A DNA stretch of 64,000 bases from assembly GCA_963665845.2 (NCBI GenBank), contig OY762492.1, forward strand, positions 512,001-576,000, read 5' to 3'. The notes below the pieces were generated by a model, which was given only the letters and a program-made list of their open reading frames with translations, ran no database searches and had not been told where the DNA came from. A program made the translations under genes and the position numbers. Below, one piece after another: positions 29,862 to 39,101 of the stretch. The DNA comes from Candidatus Poribacteria bacterium (lineage in GTDB: Bacteria; Poribacteria; WGA-4E; GCA-2687025). The stretch's first letter is position 1, and every line of letters begins with the position of its first letter.

Positions 29862-31259
29862 GTGTTTAAAAAAGTGCTTGTCGCCAACCGCGGCGAAATT
29901 GCCGTTCGCATTATCCGCGCCTGCAAGGAGCTGGGGGTGAAAACGGTCGCCGTCTACTCGGAGGCGGACCGCGACTCCATGCCGACGCAGCTGGCGGACG
30001 AGGCGGTCTGCATCGGACCGCCGCATCCGTCCAAGAGCTATCTGCATATACCGGCGGTCATCTCGGCGGCGGAGGTGACGAATGCGGACGCGATACATCC
30101 TGGAGCCGGTTTTTTGGCGGAGAATTCGCAGTTTGCGGAGATCTGCGGCGAATGCCGTATCGCGTTCATCGGTCCGACGCCTCAAAACATCGAGACGATG
30201 GGTAACAAGGTGGCCGCCCGTAAAGCCGCGCAGGCGGCGGGCGTCCCGCTGGTTCCCAGCTCTTCAAAGCCCCCGCGCCGGCGCCGGCGCATGCAGCAGG
30301 AAATGCGCGAAACGGTTGAAACCGAAGAGGAGGCGTTGAGCGTCGCCCGCGAAATCGGATACCCTGTCATGATCAAGGCGGCGGCGGGCGGCGGCGGAAG
30401 AGGCATGCGCGCCGCCCACAACGACGTCAGCCTCGCCAACCTGTTTAAAACAACCAGAGCGGAAGCGGAAGCCGCCTTCGGATCCGCAGAGGTGTACTTA
30501 GAAAAACTGATCGAAAAAGCGCGCCATATCGAAGTTCAGATACTCGCCGATCATCACGGCAACATCGTTCATCTCGGCGAACGGGACTGCTCGGTTCAGC
30601 GCAAACATCAGAAACTGATTGAAGAGACCCCGTCCGCGCTGGACGTAAAACGGCGCAATGAGATCGGATATGTGGCCGCTAAAGCCTCCAAAGCGATCCA
30701 GTACCGCAGCGCCGGGACGGTCGAGTTTCTGGTGGATGAGGAGATGAACTACTACTTTTTAGAGATGAACACGCGCATTCAGGTTGAGCATACCGTGACG
30801 GAGATGACGACGGGGCTTGACCTTGTGAAGTGGCAGATGCGCATTGCGGCGGGGGAGCGGCTCGATTTTGACCAGCGGGATGTGAAGCTGCAGGGGCATG
30901 CGATTGAATGCCGCATCAACGCGGAAGACCCGGCGAACGGGTTCGCGCCTTCGCCTGGGACGATTTCGCGGTACGACCCGCCGGGCGGTCCGGGGATACG
31001 GATCGACACGCATATTTACGCCGGTTATTCGACTCCGCCGTTTTACGATTCGCTGCTGGCGAAGCTGATTGCGCACGGCGCCGACCGAAACGAAGCGATC
31101 GCGCGAATGCGCCGCGCCTTAAACGAGTTTGTAATTGAGGGCGCGCATACGACGATCCCGTTTCACCGCGCCGTCATGGAGGACGCGACCTTCTTGGCGG
31201 CGAAGGCGCACACCGGCTTTCTGGAAACCTTCAACGCGCCGATTTCATCCCTGCGCTAA
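29862..31259 (+). CDS. accC: Biotin carboxylase
   Basis: ANRGEIA, GGGGRGMR, EMNTRIQVEH, ECRINAED. Confidence 0.96.
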   Translation: MFKKVLVANRGEIAVRIIRACKELGVKTVAVYSEADRDSMPTQLADEAVCIGPPHPSKSYLHIPAVISAAEVTNADAIHPGAGFLAENSQFAEICGECRIAFIGPTPQNIETMGNKVAARKAAQAAGVPLVPSSSKPPRRRRRMQQEMRETVETEEEALSVAREIGYPVMIKAAAGGGGRGMRAAHNDVSLANLFKTTRAEAEAAFGSAEVYLEKLIEKARHIEVQILADHHGNIVHLGERDCSVQRKHQKLIEETPSALDVKRRNEIGYVAAKASKAIQYRSAGTVEFLVDEEMNYYFLEMNTRIQVEHTVTEMTTGLDLVKWQMRIAAGERLDFDQRDVKLQGHAIECRINAEDPANGFAPSPGTISRYDPPGGPGIRIDTHIYAGYSTPPFYDSLLAKLIAHGADRNEAIARMRRALNEFVIEGAHTTIPFHRAVMEDATFLAAKAHTGFLETFNAPISSLR

Positions 31260-31954
31260 CCGCCGCCGATCGGACCCATGAATAGCCCGATGACATGCGG
31301 GGTGAACCAGTCGTTGACCAGAAACTCCACCCGCTGAATCAGCAGCGTGACGCGGTTCATGACCGTGTTGCCGAAGGCGGAGCCGAAACAGATCATCAGA
31401 AACCAGATGCCGAGGCGCGAGACGGAGCCGACGCCGCCCTTATGTTCAATAGAAAAGAAAAAGTAGGTGAGCGCCGCGAGCGTCCCGACTAGAACGATGG
31501 TGAGGTTCACCATCGGCCAAAACTCCTTCGCGCCCTCTTTGCTATACGGCGCGATGGTCGCGTACATCTGCTGAAAGATTTGGGAGCCGAGGATTAAAGG
31601 TATGGCGATGCCCGCGGCGGCGCCGAACAGGAACGCGAGCGGCAGACGGGTGAGCCATCCTTTCCCCGCCCAGAAACGCGCGAAAAACAGCAGCCCAATC
31701 AGAAACGGTATCAGAACGACAAACTCGATCCGCGCAGCAGGCTCGCCGTCAACGCCGACTGTCGCCCGTTGAAGCGGAACGATCCCATAGGGCCAAAGCC
31801 CGTTGAAGTAGCTGTAGACGATCCAGTAACCCTGGGACATGCCGACGAACAGATGCTCGGCGAATTTATAAAACGGGTTGTCCTTGTAAAGAAAGCTGTA
31901 GAGGCAGAGCGTCAAAAATGCGGCGATCCAGACGCCGATGGTTTCCCAGTTCAC
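31256..31954 (-). CDS. Conserved hypothetical multi-TM protein (membrane cluster gene 4)
   Basis: SFLYKDNPFYKFAEHLFVG, YFFFS, FGSAFGNTVMNR; about 6 TM segments. Confidence 0.8.
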   Translation of the reverse strand: MNWETIGVWIAAFLTLCLYSFLYKDNPFYKFAEHLFVGMSQGYWIVYSYFNGLWPYGIVPLQRATVGVDGEPAARIEFVVLIPFLIGLLFFARFWAGKGWLTRLPLAFLFGAAAGIAIPLILGSQIFQQMYATIAPYSKEGAKEFWPMVNLTIVLVGTLAALTYFFFSIEHKGGVGSVSRLGIWFLMICFGSAFGNTVMNRVTLLIQRVEFLVNDWFTPHVIGLFMGPIGGG

Positions 31955-32802
31955 GAGCCGTCCCTTTCGTCGAGTCGGCGCATCATATAGAGCGCGTTTC
32001 CAAAGACGACCAGACCGATGACGAGAAAATGCGCGAATGAGAGTACCGAAACGCGCTTCATGCCGTCGCCGGGGGCGTCCACTAGAGCTTCGTATTCGGC
32101 TCCGCCGAGCGCGCCGCCGAGCAAGCCCTGCAGCTGTCCGGAATCTAAAAACGGGTACATCTGCGAGACGATGACGCCTGTCACGCCGGCGGCAAGCGGA
32201 ACGCCATGCGGCTCATTGCCGTACTGAATCCAGGAGTCGACGCTGTCGCCCGCCGCAAAATCGATCACCAAGTTGACGTCGGCGAAGGTGGAGACGCCCG
32301 CCATCGCCGGCAGCGCGTCGAGAGCCTCGCCGCGCGTGTCCGTCTCAAAGAAGCCGGGTATGTTGCCTGCCATGCGCAAAATGACCAGATGAAATCCGAC
32401 CCTGTAACCGACATCCGCATAATGTTCGCCGGGCTTCAGGCGGCTTTCTTCTCCGTCCATGAACTCGTCGCTCGTCCGCACCTTCTCCAGCGCTTGAACC
32501 GCCAGCGCCGGCGAGTCCGCCGTCAGCGACATCATCATGACGCGCAGCTTTTTGCGGAAGCAGTGGCGCAGAACCGCCTCCACCTGCGGCTGCAGCTCCG
32601 CCATGGAGGACGGACCGTAACCGAAGGAGAGAATCACAAAATCGTTCTCGTTGAGCGATTCGATCTTGTCGTACACGCGCTGCGTCGCGTTCGAGACCGG
32701 CACAGGGAACGTGACGGAGAAGATGGTTGGAAGGATGACAAACAGAGCCATCAACAGAAACACCCAGCGCCGATCCATCTGTTTTGGCTGCTCGGCGTTC
32801 AT
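31951..32802 (-). CDS. Conserved hypothetical membrane protein (membrane cluster gene 3)
   Basis: N- and C-terminal TM; YPFLDSGQLQGLLGG..GGAEYE. Confidence 0.8.
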   Translation of the reverse strand: MNAEQPKQMDRRWVFLLMALFVILPTIFSVTFPVPVSNATQRVYDKIESLNENDFVILSFGYGPSSMAELQPQVEAVLRHCFRKKLRVMMMSLTADSPALAVQALEKVRTSDEFMDGEESRLKPGEHYADVGYRVGFHLVILRMAGNIPGFFETDTRGEALDALPAMAGVSTFADVNLVIDFAAGDSVDSWIQYGNEPHGVPLAAGVTGVIVSQMYPFLDSGQLQGLLGGALGGAEYEALVDAPGDGMKRVSVLSFAHFLVIGLVVFGNALYMMRRLDERDGS

Positions 32803-33755
32803 TCGTCTCCTCCTAGATAGGTTTGTTCAATTCCGAGTATGATTCGGAACGACTGCGCCAGCGCGCCGAGTCCAACGCCGAGAACAATCGCCCGGCGGGC
32901 GGCAAGGTTGGGAACCTCTAGCACCCAGTCCTTTGCTTCAGACGGGAACCCCTGCAGCGAGTCCGCAAAGCCGAACGCGCTGTTCCACCAGTGAATGAAC
33001 GGCGGGGTCAAGCCGAGAATGACGACGCATGCCGAGATGAGCAGCAGCGCCGCTTCAATGTTGCGCGCGCGAAAAGCGCGAAAAGCGGCGGACGCAATGA
33101 AAAACGCGAGCAGCGAAAACATGGTCGCGTCCAGCGGCACTTGGACATTCTCAAAGAGCCATAGAAACACATCCAAGCCGGGGCGGCGAATCGCGAAGGA
33201 ATCGCCTTGAACGGGAGGATCGCCGTTTCTCCATTTATCGACCTGAACGCGGACGACGGGCGGCGCGTCTTCCGCAGCCGCTTCGTCGGTCGGCTCCTCA
33301 ACAATTTTGCCTTCAAAAAAGGAACCGTCCGCCTTCGGGAGCTGGAGCCGATCCCCCTTCAAGATCGACTTGGCGGCGATGTTTTCGGCGCTGAGCATAA
33401 CGACCATGCCGTTGCGCTCATAGGACGCTTCCGCGCTGTACTCGGAGAGCTTCGATTTGACAATCTGCTTGGCGGGCTGGCGGTGTCCCTCAATGACGCC
33501 GACGGCCGTCATGCCAAACAGGGCGACCAGCGCGACAATGCTGTATTTCCAGTCGCCTTGGCGGCGGACGGCGCGCTGCCAGTGAAGCTTCACAAGGCTT
33601 GCGACGCCGAGAACCAGCGCGAACACTCCGATCAGGAGCATCCAGTCGTAGACGCGCCTGTTCAGCTCCTGAGACCACGCATGCGGCACAAAATATTGCG
33701 CCAGCATGACGGCGCCCATCACAAAGCAGACCGCGATCGGCAGCTGCATCCGCAT
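32799..33755 (-). CDS. Conserved hypothetical multi-TM protein (membrane cluster gene 2)
   Basis: PLDATMFSLLAFFIASAAFRAFRAR, PNLAARRAI, RIILGIE. Confidence 0.8.
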   Translation of the reverse strand: MRMQLPIAVCFVMGAVMLAQYFVPHAWSQELNRRVYDWMLLIGVFALVLGVASLVKLHWQRAVRRQGDWKYSIVALVALFGMTAVGVIEGHRQPAKQIVKSKLSEYSAEASYERNGMVVMLSAENIAAKSILKGDRLQLPKADGSFFEGKIVEEPTDEAAAEDAPPVVRVQVDKWRNGDPPVQGDSFAIRRPGLDVFLWLFENVQVPLDATMFSLLAFFIASAAFRAFRARNIEAALLLISACVVILGLTPPFIHWWNSAFGFADSLQGFPSEAKDWVLEVPNLAARRAIVLGVGLGALAQSFRIILGIEQTYLGGDE

Positions 33756-33756
33756 G

Positions 33757-35109
33757 CTACATCTCCACCTTAAAGATGTCGGCTAAATCCGGGGATCCGA
33801 ACAGCGCCATGACGACGCCGACAATCATCAGAATCATCAGAACCGCCTTGGCGACATCCTGGGCGCGAATGGCGCTCAAGAGCGGGGCGTCCTGGGAGAG
33901 GTAGGCGCTGGCGGCAAACAGCTCCTCGCCGATCAGCGTGTAGTCGCATGCGGCGATAAAGAACGGGAGCTGCGCGTCCCTGTCGGTGCCTGCAATCTGT
34001 ATCGCGCCGACGCTATGCCCAGTCTCCGCCAAGATGAGCGATTCGGCGTAAAAGACGCCCTGCAGGAAGATGGCGGCAGGCTCCTCGCGCACAATGATTC
34101 CGTCCACGCCGGCGGCGTACGCGAATTGACTTTCGGTCACAAAAAAGATGTTGTCGGGGTCGTATAGGTCCGGCCGCCCGATGCTTTGATAGGTTTGCTC
34201 TCCGACGGTGCGCATGACCTGCATGACGATCGGGTCGTAGCAAGGGACCATAATTCGCGTCGCATGTTCGGCTGCCGTTTTGATGACATGGCTGAAGATA
34301 TTGATGGAGGCGATGGTGGCCATCTGCTGAACGCTGCCGATGCCGGCGATGTAGAGAATGGGCTTGTCCATCTCGGCGCTGCGTCCGATCGCCTCTTCAA
34401 CCGCTTCCAGACCGTCAATGCGGCGTATGCGCGGCGGATCGCCTTCCCTGGAGCGGTAGGTCAAGACGACGAGCGTTCCGCAGAACAGCAGCGCCGCGGC
34501 GAGAAGCCATGAGCGCCCCGTGTGAAACCAGTTGGAGCGGGCGGCGGCGGGCGCGCTTTCCGCCGAGTTGACGGCGGAAGCCTCATACACTTCCTGAACG
34601 GCGTAAATATACGGAACCGCTTTTTCGCGGGTGAAGAGCGGATCTTTTCGGGCGGGCGCGGCGGAGGCGTCCCTGTAATCGCGCGCGGTCGGCGGAAGCG
34701 GCTCGGCGGTGATTTTCTCTAAACTGGAGCCTGGCGCGTCCGCGCGGCGCAGGATATGGAACCCAACGAGGCTCTCGCTCGGCTCGCCTTCATACTCCCA
34801 TACGACGTCCAAGCCCTTGCCGCTGTCGTCGTTTGGGACATCCGCCGCCCTTACATTCTTGACGGAAGAAGAGCTGTAAAGAGTGTAAAGAGTAATATCT
34901 TCCGCTGTGAATTCAGTCACGGATTCGTCAAATGTGATTGTGGACTCCAAGCCTTGTCCGCTGTCGTTCTGAGCATCGTCCTCTGTGACGGCATTATCGT
35001 CGGCGGATTCGATGGCGGTTTGCGCATGGCAAACAGATCCGCTCCAAACGCCGGCGAATAAAACCAGTAAGCCCGCCCAACGCAGCGTATGTCTCAAAAC
35101 GCTCTTCAT
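33757..35109 (-). CDS. FN3-like plus DUF6754-like membrane protein (membrane cluster gene 1)
   Basis: Signal peptide; ADVPNDDSG..W; IRRIDGLEAVEEAIGRSAEM; FYAESLILAE; QLPFFIAACDYTLIGEELFAA. Confidence 0.75.
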   Translation of the reverse strand: MKSVLRHTLRWAGLLVLFAGVWSGSVCHAQTAIESADDNAVTEDDAQNDSGQGLESTITFDESVTEFTAEDITLYTLYSSSSVKNVRAADVPNDDSGKGLDVVWEYEGEPSESLVGFHILRRADAPGSSLEKITAEPLPPTARDYRDASAAPARKDPLFTREKAVPYIYAVQEVYEASAVNSAESAPAAARSNWFHTGRSWLLAAALLFCGTLVVLTYRSREGDPPRIRRIDGLEAVEEAIGRSAEMDKPILYIAGIGSVQQMATIASINIFSHVIKTAAEHATRIMVPCYDPIVMQVMRTVGEQTYQSIGRPDLYDPDNIFFVTESQFAYAAGVDGIIVREEPAAIFLQGVFYAESLILAETGHSVGAIQIAGTDRDAQLPFFIAACDYTLIGEELFAASAYLSQDAPLLSAIRAQDVAKAVLMILMIVGVVMALFGSPDLADIFKVEM

Positions 35110-35143
35110 AACGCCTCCGACCCGTTCCGTACGGCTTGCCGCG

Positions 35144-35680
35144 TCAAAATGCGGCGTGTTCAACAAAGGTATCATACGCTTTCTCATTAAACAACGCAAA
35201 CAGAACCAGCTCAAGCGACGCATCCTCCGCCAAAAAAGCGGCGACTGCCGACGACGCCTCCGCCGCCGCTTTATCCGGCGGATAGCCGAAGACGCCTGTT
35301 GAGATCGCCGGAAAGGCGACCGTCTTGCATCCGAGTTCGACCGCCGTTTTGAGCGCGTTTCTATAGCAACTGCGCAGCTTTTCAGGTTCGCCGGCATCTC
35401 CGCCATGCCAGACCGGCCCGACGGTGTGAATCACATACCGGGCGGGCATGTCGCCGGCGGTTGTCGCCGCCGCCTCGCCGACCGGCAAACCGTTCCGATA
35501 TTTTGTGCGGCGCAGCGTTTTACATTCAGCCAAGATCGCAGGTCCCCCCGCGCGGTGGATGGCGCCGTCGACTCCTCCTCCGCCCATGAGAGTACCGTTC
35601 GCCGCGTTCACAACGGCGTCCACCTCCAGCTGCGTGATGTCCGCGACCTTCGCCGCGGCGCGTTCGCCGAAACGCTTCAT
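35144..35680 (-). CDS. Macrodomain O-acetyl-ADP-ribose deacetylase (YmdB-like)
   Basis: VNAAN..LMGGGGVDGAIHRAGG, HTVGP, FPAISTGVFGYP. Confidence 0.93.
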   Translation of the reverse strand: MKRFGERAAAKVADITQLEVDAVVNAANGTLMGGGGVDGAIHRAGGPAILAECKTLRRTKYRNGLPVGEAAATTAGDMPARYVIHTVGPVWHGGDAGEPEKLRSCYRNALKTAVELGCKTVAFPAISTGVFGYPPDKAAAEASSAVAAFLAEDASLELVLFALFNEKAYDTFVEHAAF

Positions 35681-36771
35681 CCTTCGCTCCCTTCCGCCTC
35701 ATACCCGTTCATCGTGAACGCAACGCCGAGCGCTTGATCGGGCGTCTGGATCAATTTTTCGCATGCTTCGGCGGCGTTGTCAATCGGAACCATGTCGGTG
35801 ATGAGCGTCTTGACATCCAGCCGCCCCTCCGCCATGAAGCGCAAAACCGTTTCTAAATTGCGCTGCGTCGGGCGCTCCACAAACACAGGCGGATAATGCG
35901 CCCCCCGTTCATACGCTTTATCATGGTAGCCTGGTCCGGTGCGCGCCGCGCTTATGACGTCGATATTGCCCGCGCCGGCGGCGAAGCTGTGCTGTATCGA
36001 CGCGCCGCCGACAATGACGATGCGCCCCGTCTTATGTCCGTCGGGGGTCGTTTTTAAAAGGGCGCGCAGCTGTTGAAACGCGCCGGTAGCGTCCCCGCCG
36101 AACGCGATGACGCCGGCGTCAAATCCGTACCCGTTTGTGAATTCGTCTCTCACATGGCTGACATCCATTTCCGCCGCGTTTTCGACTCGGTCGGCGCCCG
36201 CCCGCCGCGCCGTTTCTAGACGCAGCGCGTTCATATCCAGTCCGAGAACATGCGCGCCGGCGATGCGCGCCGTTTGACATACCAGCTGCCCGACCATGCC
36301 GAGTCCAGCGACGGCGACATTTTCGGCGATGCCGATGCGCCCGCGCTGTATGGCGTGGAGCGCCGTCGCGGCGAGATGGCACGCGGCGCCTTCCTCATAA
36401 GAGACGCCGTCCGGCATTTTGGCGCACAGGTTTTGAGGGATGTTCGCATGCGTCGCGTGGAGCGCGTATCCGCCGCCCATCCCTGCGATTCGGTCGCCGA
36501 TTTCAAACTGCCCGCAGCCCTCCCCCTTGCCAATCAGAACGCCCGCGTTGGAATATCCGAAGGCGCGTTTGCCGGGGTTTTCTTTATGCCGGCTGCGTCG
36601 GTTTTTCACGCCGCCCAGCTCGGTGCCGGGACTGACGAGAGAGGCGCGAACTTCGATCAAAAGCTCGCCAGCGCCGAGCGGAGGGAGAGGAGCCTCCTCC
36701 GTCCAGATGCGGCCGTTGTCGTCCATGAAGACAACCTTGCGGGAAGAGGTTGAAGGCGCGGATCGGCTCAT
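35677..36771 (-). CDS. MDR/Zn-binding alcohol dehydrogenase-like oxidoreductase
   Basis: SPGTE, GYSNAG, GLGMVG. Confidence 0.85.
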   Translation of the reverse strand: MSRSAPSTSSRKVVFMDDNGRIWTEEAPLPPLGAGELLIEVRASLVSPGTELGGVKNRRSRHKENPGKRAFGYSNAGVLIGKGEGCGQFEIGDRIAGMGGGYALHATHANIPQNLCAKMPDGVSYEEGAACHLAATALHAIQRGRIGIAENVAVAGLGMVGQLVCQTARIAGAHVLGLDMNALRLETARRAGADRVENAAEMDVSHVRDEFTNGYGFDAGVIAFGGDATGAFQQLRALLKTTPDGHKTGRIVIVGGASIQHSFAAGAGNIDVISAARTGPGYHDKAYERGAHYPPVFVERPTQRNLETVLRFMAEGRLDVKTLITDMVPIDNAAEACEKLIQTPDQALGVAFTMNGYEAEGSEG

Positions 36772-37436
36772 GGCGTTTCCTTTTCGGCAGATTCAGGGGC
36801 TTGAAGCTCCGAAGCGGCTTTGACGGCGTCCAGTATCTGCTTTGTGGTCGGGCGGTCATGCAGATTGGCGGACACATATTTCCATTGGATCGCTCCGTCG
36901 GGATCAACGACAAAAACTGCCGCTTTGGAGATGTTTGGATGAAGCGTGTCAGGGTCAAAAAACGGGTTGCTTTCAGGGTCCAGCGCCTTGTACGCCTTCG
37001 TTATTTTGCGCGATGCGTCGCTCAACAACGGGTAGTCGATCCTCAACCGCTCCGCCAGCGCGAGCGACACTTCAGGCGCGTCCACGCTGACCGCCAGGAC
37101 CGTTCCGCCGCGCTGTTGAAAACGGGCTTTCGCTTCGCGCAGCTCCACGAGCTGCTTCCTGCAGACCGGTCACCAATGCCCTCTGTAAAACACGAGCGCG
37201 AGCGTCTGTCCGCGGTAATCGGCAAGGGCGACGGGTCTTCCGTTCTGGTCGGGCAGGGAGAAGGGCGGGGCGTAGTCGCCCAGTTCCGCGCCGACCGGCT
37301 GCAGGTTCGCCTCGGCGCCGTTTTGTTGAGCGGTCGCGTCTCCGTTCTTTGCGGAGCCTCCGCAGGAGAGGCATGCCAAAAGAGCGTATGAGACGGCAAG
37401 CGCCGCGGTCAAACGGGCGGGGCGGATTCTGTTCAT
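36768..37436 (-). CDS. Selenocysteine-containing AhpC/TSA peroxiredoxin-like lipoprotein (UGA at 37170-37172)
   Basis: Two ORFs join in frame as FYRGHW-U-PVC; SECIS-like hairpin follows; tRNA-Sec present in window. Confidence 0.88.
37139..37155 (-). promoter_or_regulatory. Bacterial SECIS hairpin
   Basis: GCAGCTC-GTG-GAGCTGC starting after a 14-nt spacer downstream of the in-frame UGA. Confidence 0.75.
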
Positions 37437-37567
37437 GGGCAAAGCATAGCGTACTTGGCGCGGAGATGTTAACGTCCAGCTTGGAAAATGACGAAGAGGG
37501 CGAGGCGCTTGCGCGTCAGCGCGCCGCTGTATAGACTCCTCTCAACGACTTCTGCAGGACGCCCTTT

Positions 37568-39100
37568 ATGCAGCCGCCCGCCGTTCAAACCGTATCCGTC
37601 TCCAAGCGTTTCCCCGGCGTTCTGGCGCTGGACGACGTCTCCTTTGAGACCCGTTACGGCGAGATACACGCTCTCTGCGGAGAAAACGGAGCCGGCAAAT
37701 CGACCTTGATCGGAATTCTCAGTGGACGATGGGCGGTCGGTTCCTACGAGGGGGAGCTGCGTATCGACGGAGAAACGGCGCGCTTCCGAAATGCGCGCGA
37801 CTCGCAAAACGCCGGCGCCGCCGTCATCCACCAAGAGCTTGCCCTCGCCCCGATGATGTCGATTGAAGAGAACATCGCGCTTGGAAGAGAGCCGACGCGG
37901 CGCGGGCTTCTTGACAAACGGCGCATGCGAAACGAATGCGTCCGCCTGATGGAGACGCTTCAACTGGACGCCGACCCCGCGGAGCCTGTTTCGCAGCTGG
38001 GCGTCGGACAGCGGCAGATGGTGGAGATTGCAAAGGCTCTCGCAAGGGACGCCAAGATACTCGCGCTGGATGAGCCGACCTCCGCCTTAACCCAGACCGA
38101 AAAGGAGACGCTGTTTGCCGTCCTTCAACGTCTCAAACGGAGCGGAACGGCGCTGATCTACATCTCGCACCGCTTAGAGGAGCTGTTTGAGATCGCCGAC
38201 CGCGCGACCGTTCTGCGCGACGGGCAAAGCGTCGGCACATGGAAAATGGACGAATTGACGCCGCCTTTTCTGGTGGAAAAGATGATCGGGCGCGAGCTGA
38301 AAAACCGTACGCATGTGAAAAAAGCGTCCGAGGCGCCGCCCGCCTTGACGCTTCAAAACTGGTCGGCGTACGCTGGCGCGGGTCGGGCGAAGGTCGATAA
38401 CTTGTCCCTTGAGGCGCGCCCTGGCGAGATACTGGGCTTGGCGGGGATGATGGGCTGCGGCAGCTCCGAGCTGCTGTTGAGCCTCTTCGGCGCATGGAGA
38501 GGGCGGACGGAGGGGCGGATGGAGATCGACGGCAAGCCCGCGCGCATACGCAGCCCGATAGAAGCGATGCGGGCGGGCATGGCGCTCCTCACCGAAGACC
38601 GCAAACGGGACGGACTCTGGCTGGATGAAAGCGTTGAGACGAACCTGACAGCGCCGATACTGAATGAAATCGCGCCGCATGGCGTCTTGAACCGCAAGGA
38701 GCGGCGGCGGCGCGCCGAAGAGACAGCGCGGCGGTTGGACATACGCCCGCCCGATGTTCAGGCGCAGGCGCGCAGCCTCAGCGGCGGCAATCAGCAGAAA
38801 ACGGCGATCGGAAAGGCGCTCATGACGCAGCCGCGCATACTGCTGTTGAACGAGCCGACGCGCGGCGTGGATGTCGGCGCGAAGGCGGAGATACACGGGC
38901 TGACGCGCCGTCTGGCGAAGCAGGGCGCCGCCGTTCTCATGGCGTCGTCCGACATGACCGAGATACTTCACCTTTCCGACCGCGTACTTGCGATGCGAAA
39001 CGGGCGCGCCGCGGCGCGTTTTGACGACATGGCGCAGGCGTCGGCGGAAGCGGTCTTGGCGGCGGCCGTCGGCGCCGATACGCGCGAGAATGAACCTTAA
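37568..39100 (+). CDS. Sugar ABC transporter ATP-binding protein (XylG/RbsA-like)
   Basis: GENGAGKST, LDEPT, TEDRK, LSGGNQQK. Confidence 0.93.
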   Translation: MQPPAVQTVSVSKRFPGVLALDDVSFETRYGEIHALCGENGAGKSTLIGILSGRWAVGSYEGELRIDGETARFRNARDSQNAGAAVIHQELALAPMMSIEENIALGREPTRRGLLDKRRMRNECVRLMETLQLDADPAEPVSQLGVGQRQMVEIAKALARDAKILALDEPTSALTQTEKETLFAVLQRLKRSGTALIYISHRLEELFEIADRATVLRDGQSVGTWKMDELTPPFLVEKMIGRELKNRTHVKKASEAPPALTLQNWSAYAGAGRAKVDNLSLEARPGEILGLAGMMGCGSSELLLSLFGAWRGRTEGRMEIDGKPARIRSPIEAMRAGMALLTEDRKRDGLWLDESVETNLTAPILNEIAPHGVLNRKERRRRAEETARRLDIRPPDVQAQARSLSGGNQQKTAIGKALMTQPRILLLNEPTRGVDVGAKAEIHGLTRRLAKQGAAVLMASSDMTEILHLSDRVLAMRNGRAAARFDDMAQASAEAVLAAAVGADTRENEP

Positions 39101-39101
39101 A

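Noticed and set aside
35110-35406. N-terminal extension of the 549-aa ORF (likewise 60368-60559 and 2159-2422)
   Set aside because: Overlaps a neighbouring real gene or repeat; downstream starts have an RBS or translational coupling.
36768-37442. Split peroxiredoxin as a pseudogene
   Set aside because: UGA sits at the catalytic position with a SECIS hairpin and tRNA-Sec is present, so recoding is the better explanation.
38840-38865. LLLNEPT instead of LLLDEPT in the second ABC domain
   Set aside because: The second NBD of this transporter class is commonly degenerate; a single substitution is weak evidence of anything new.
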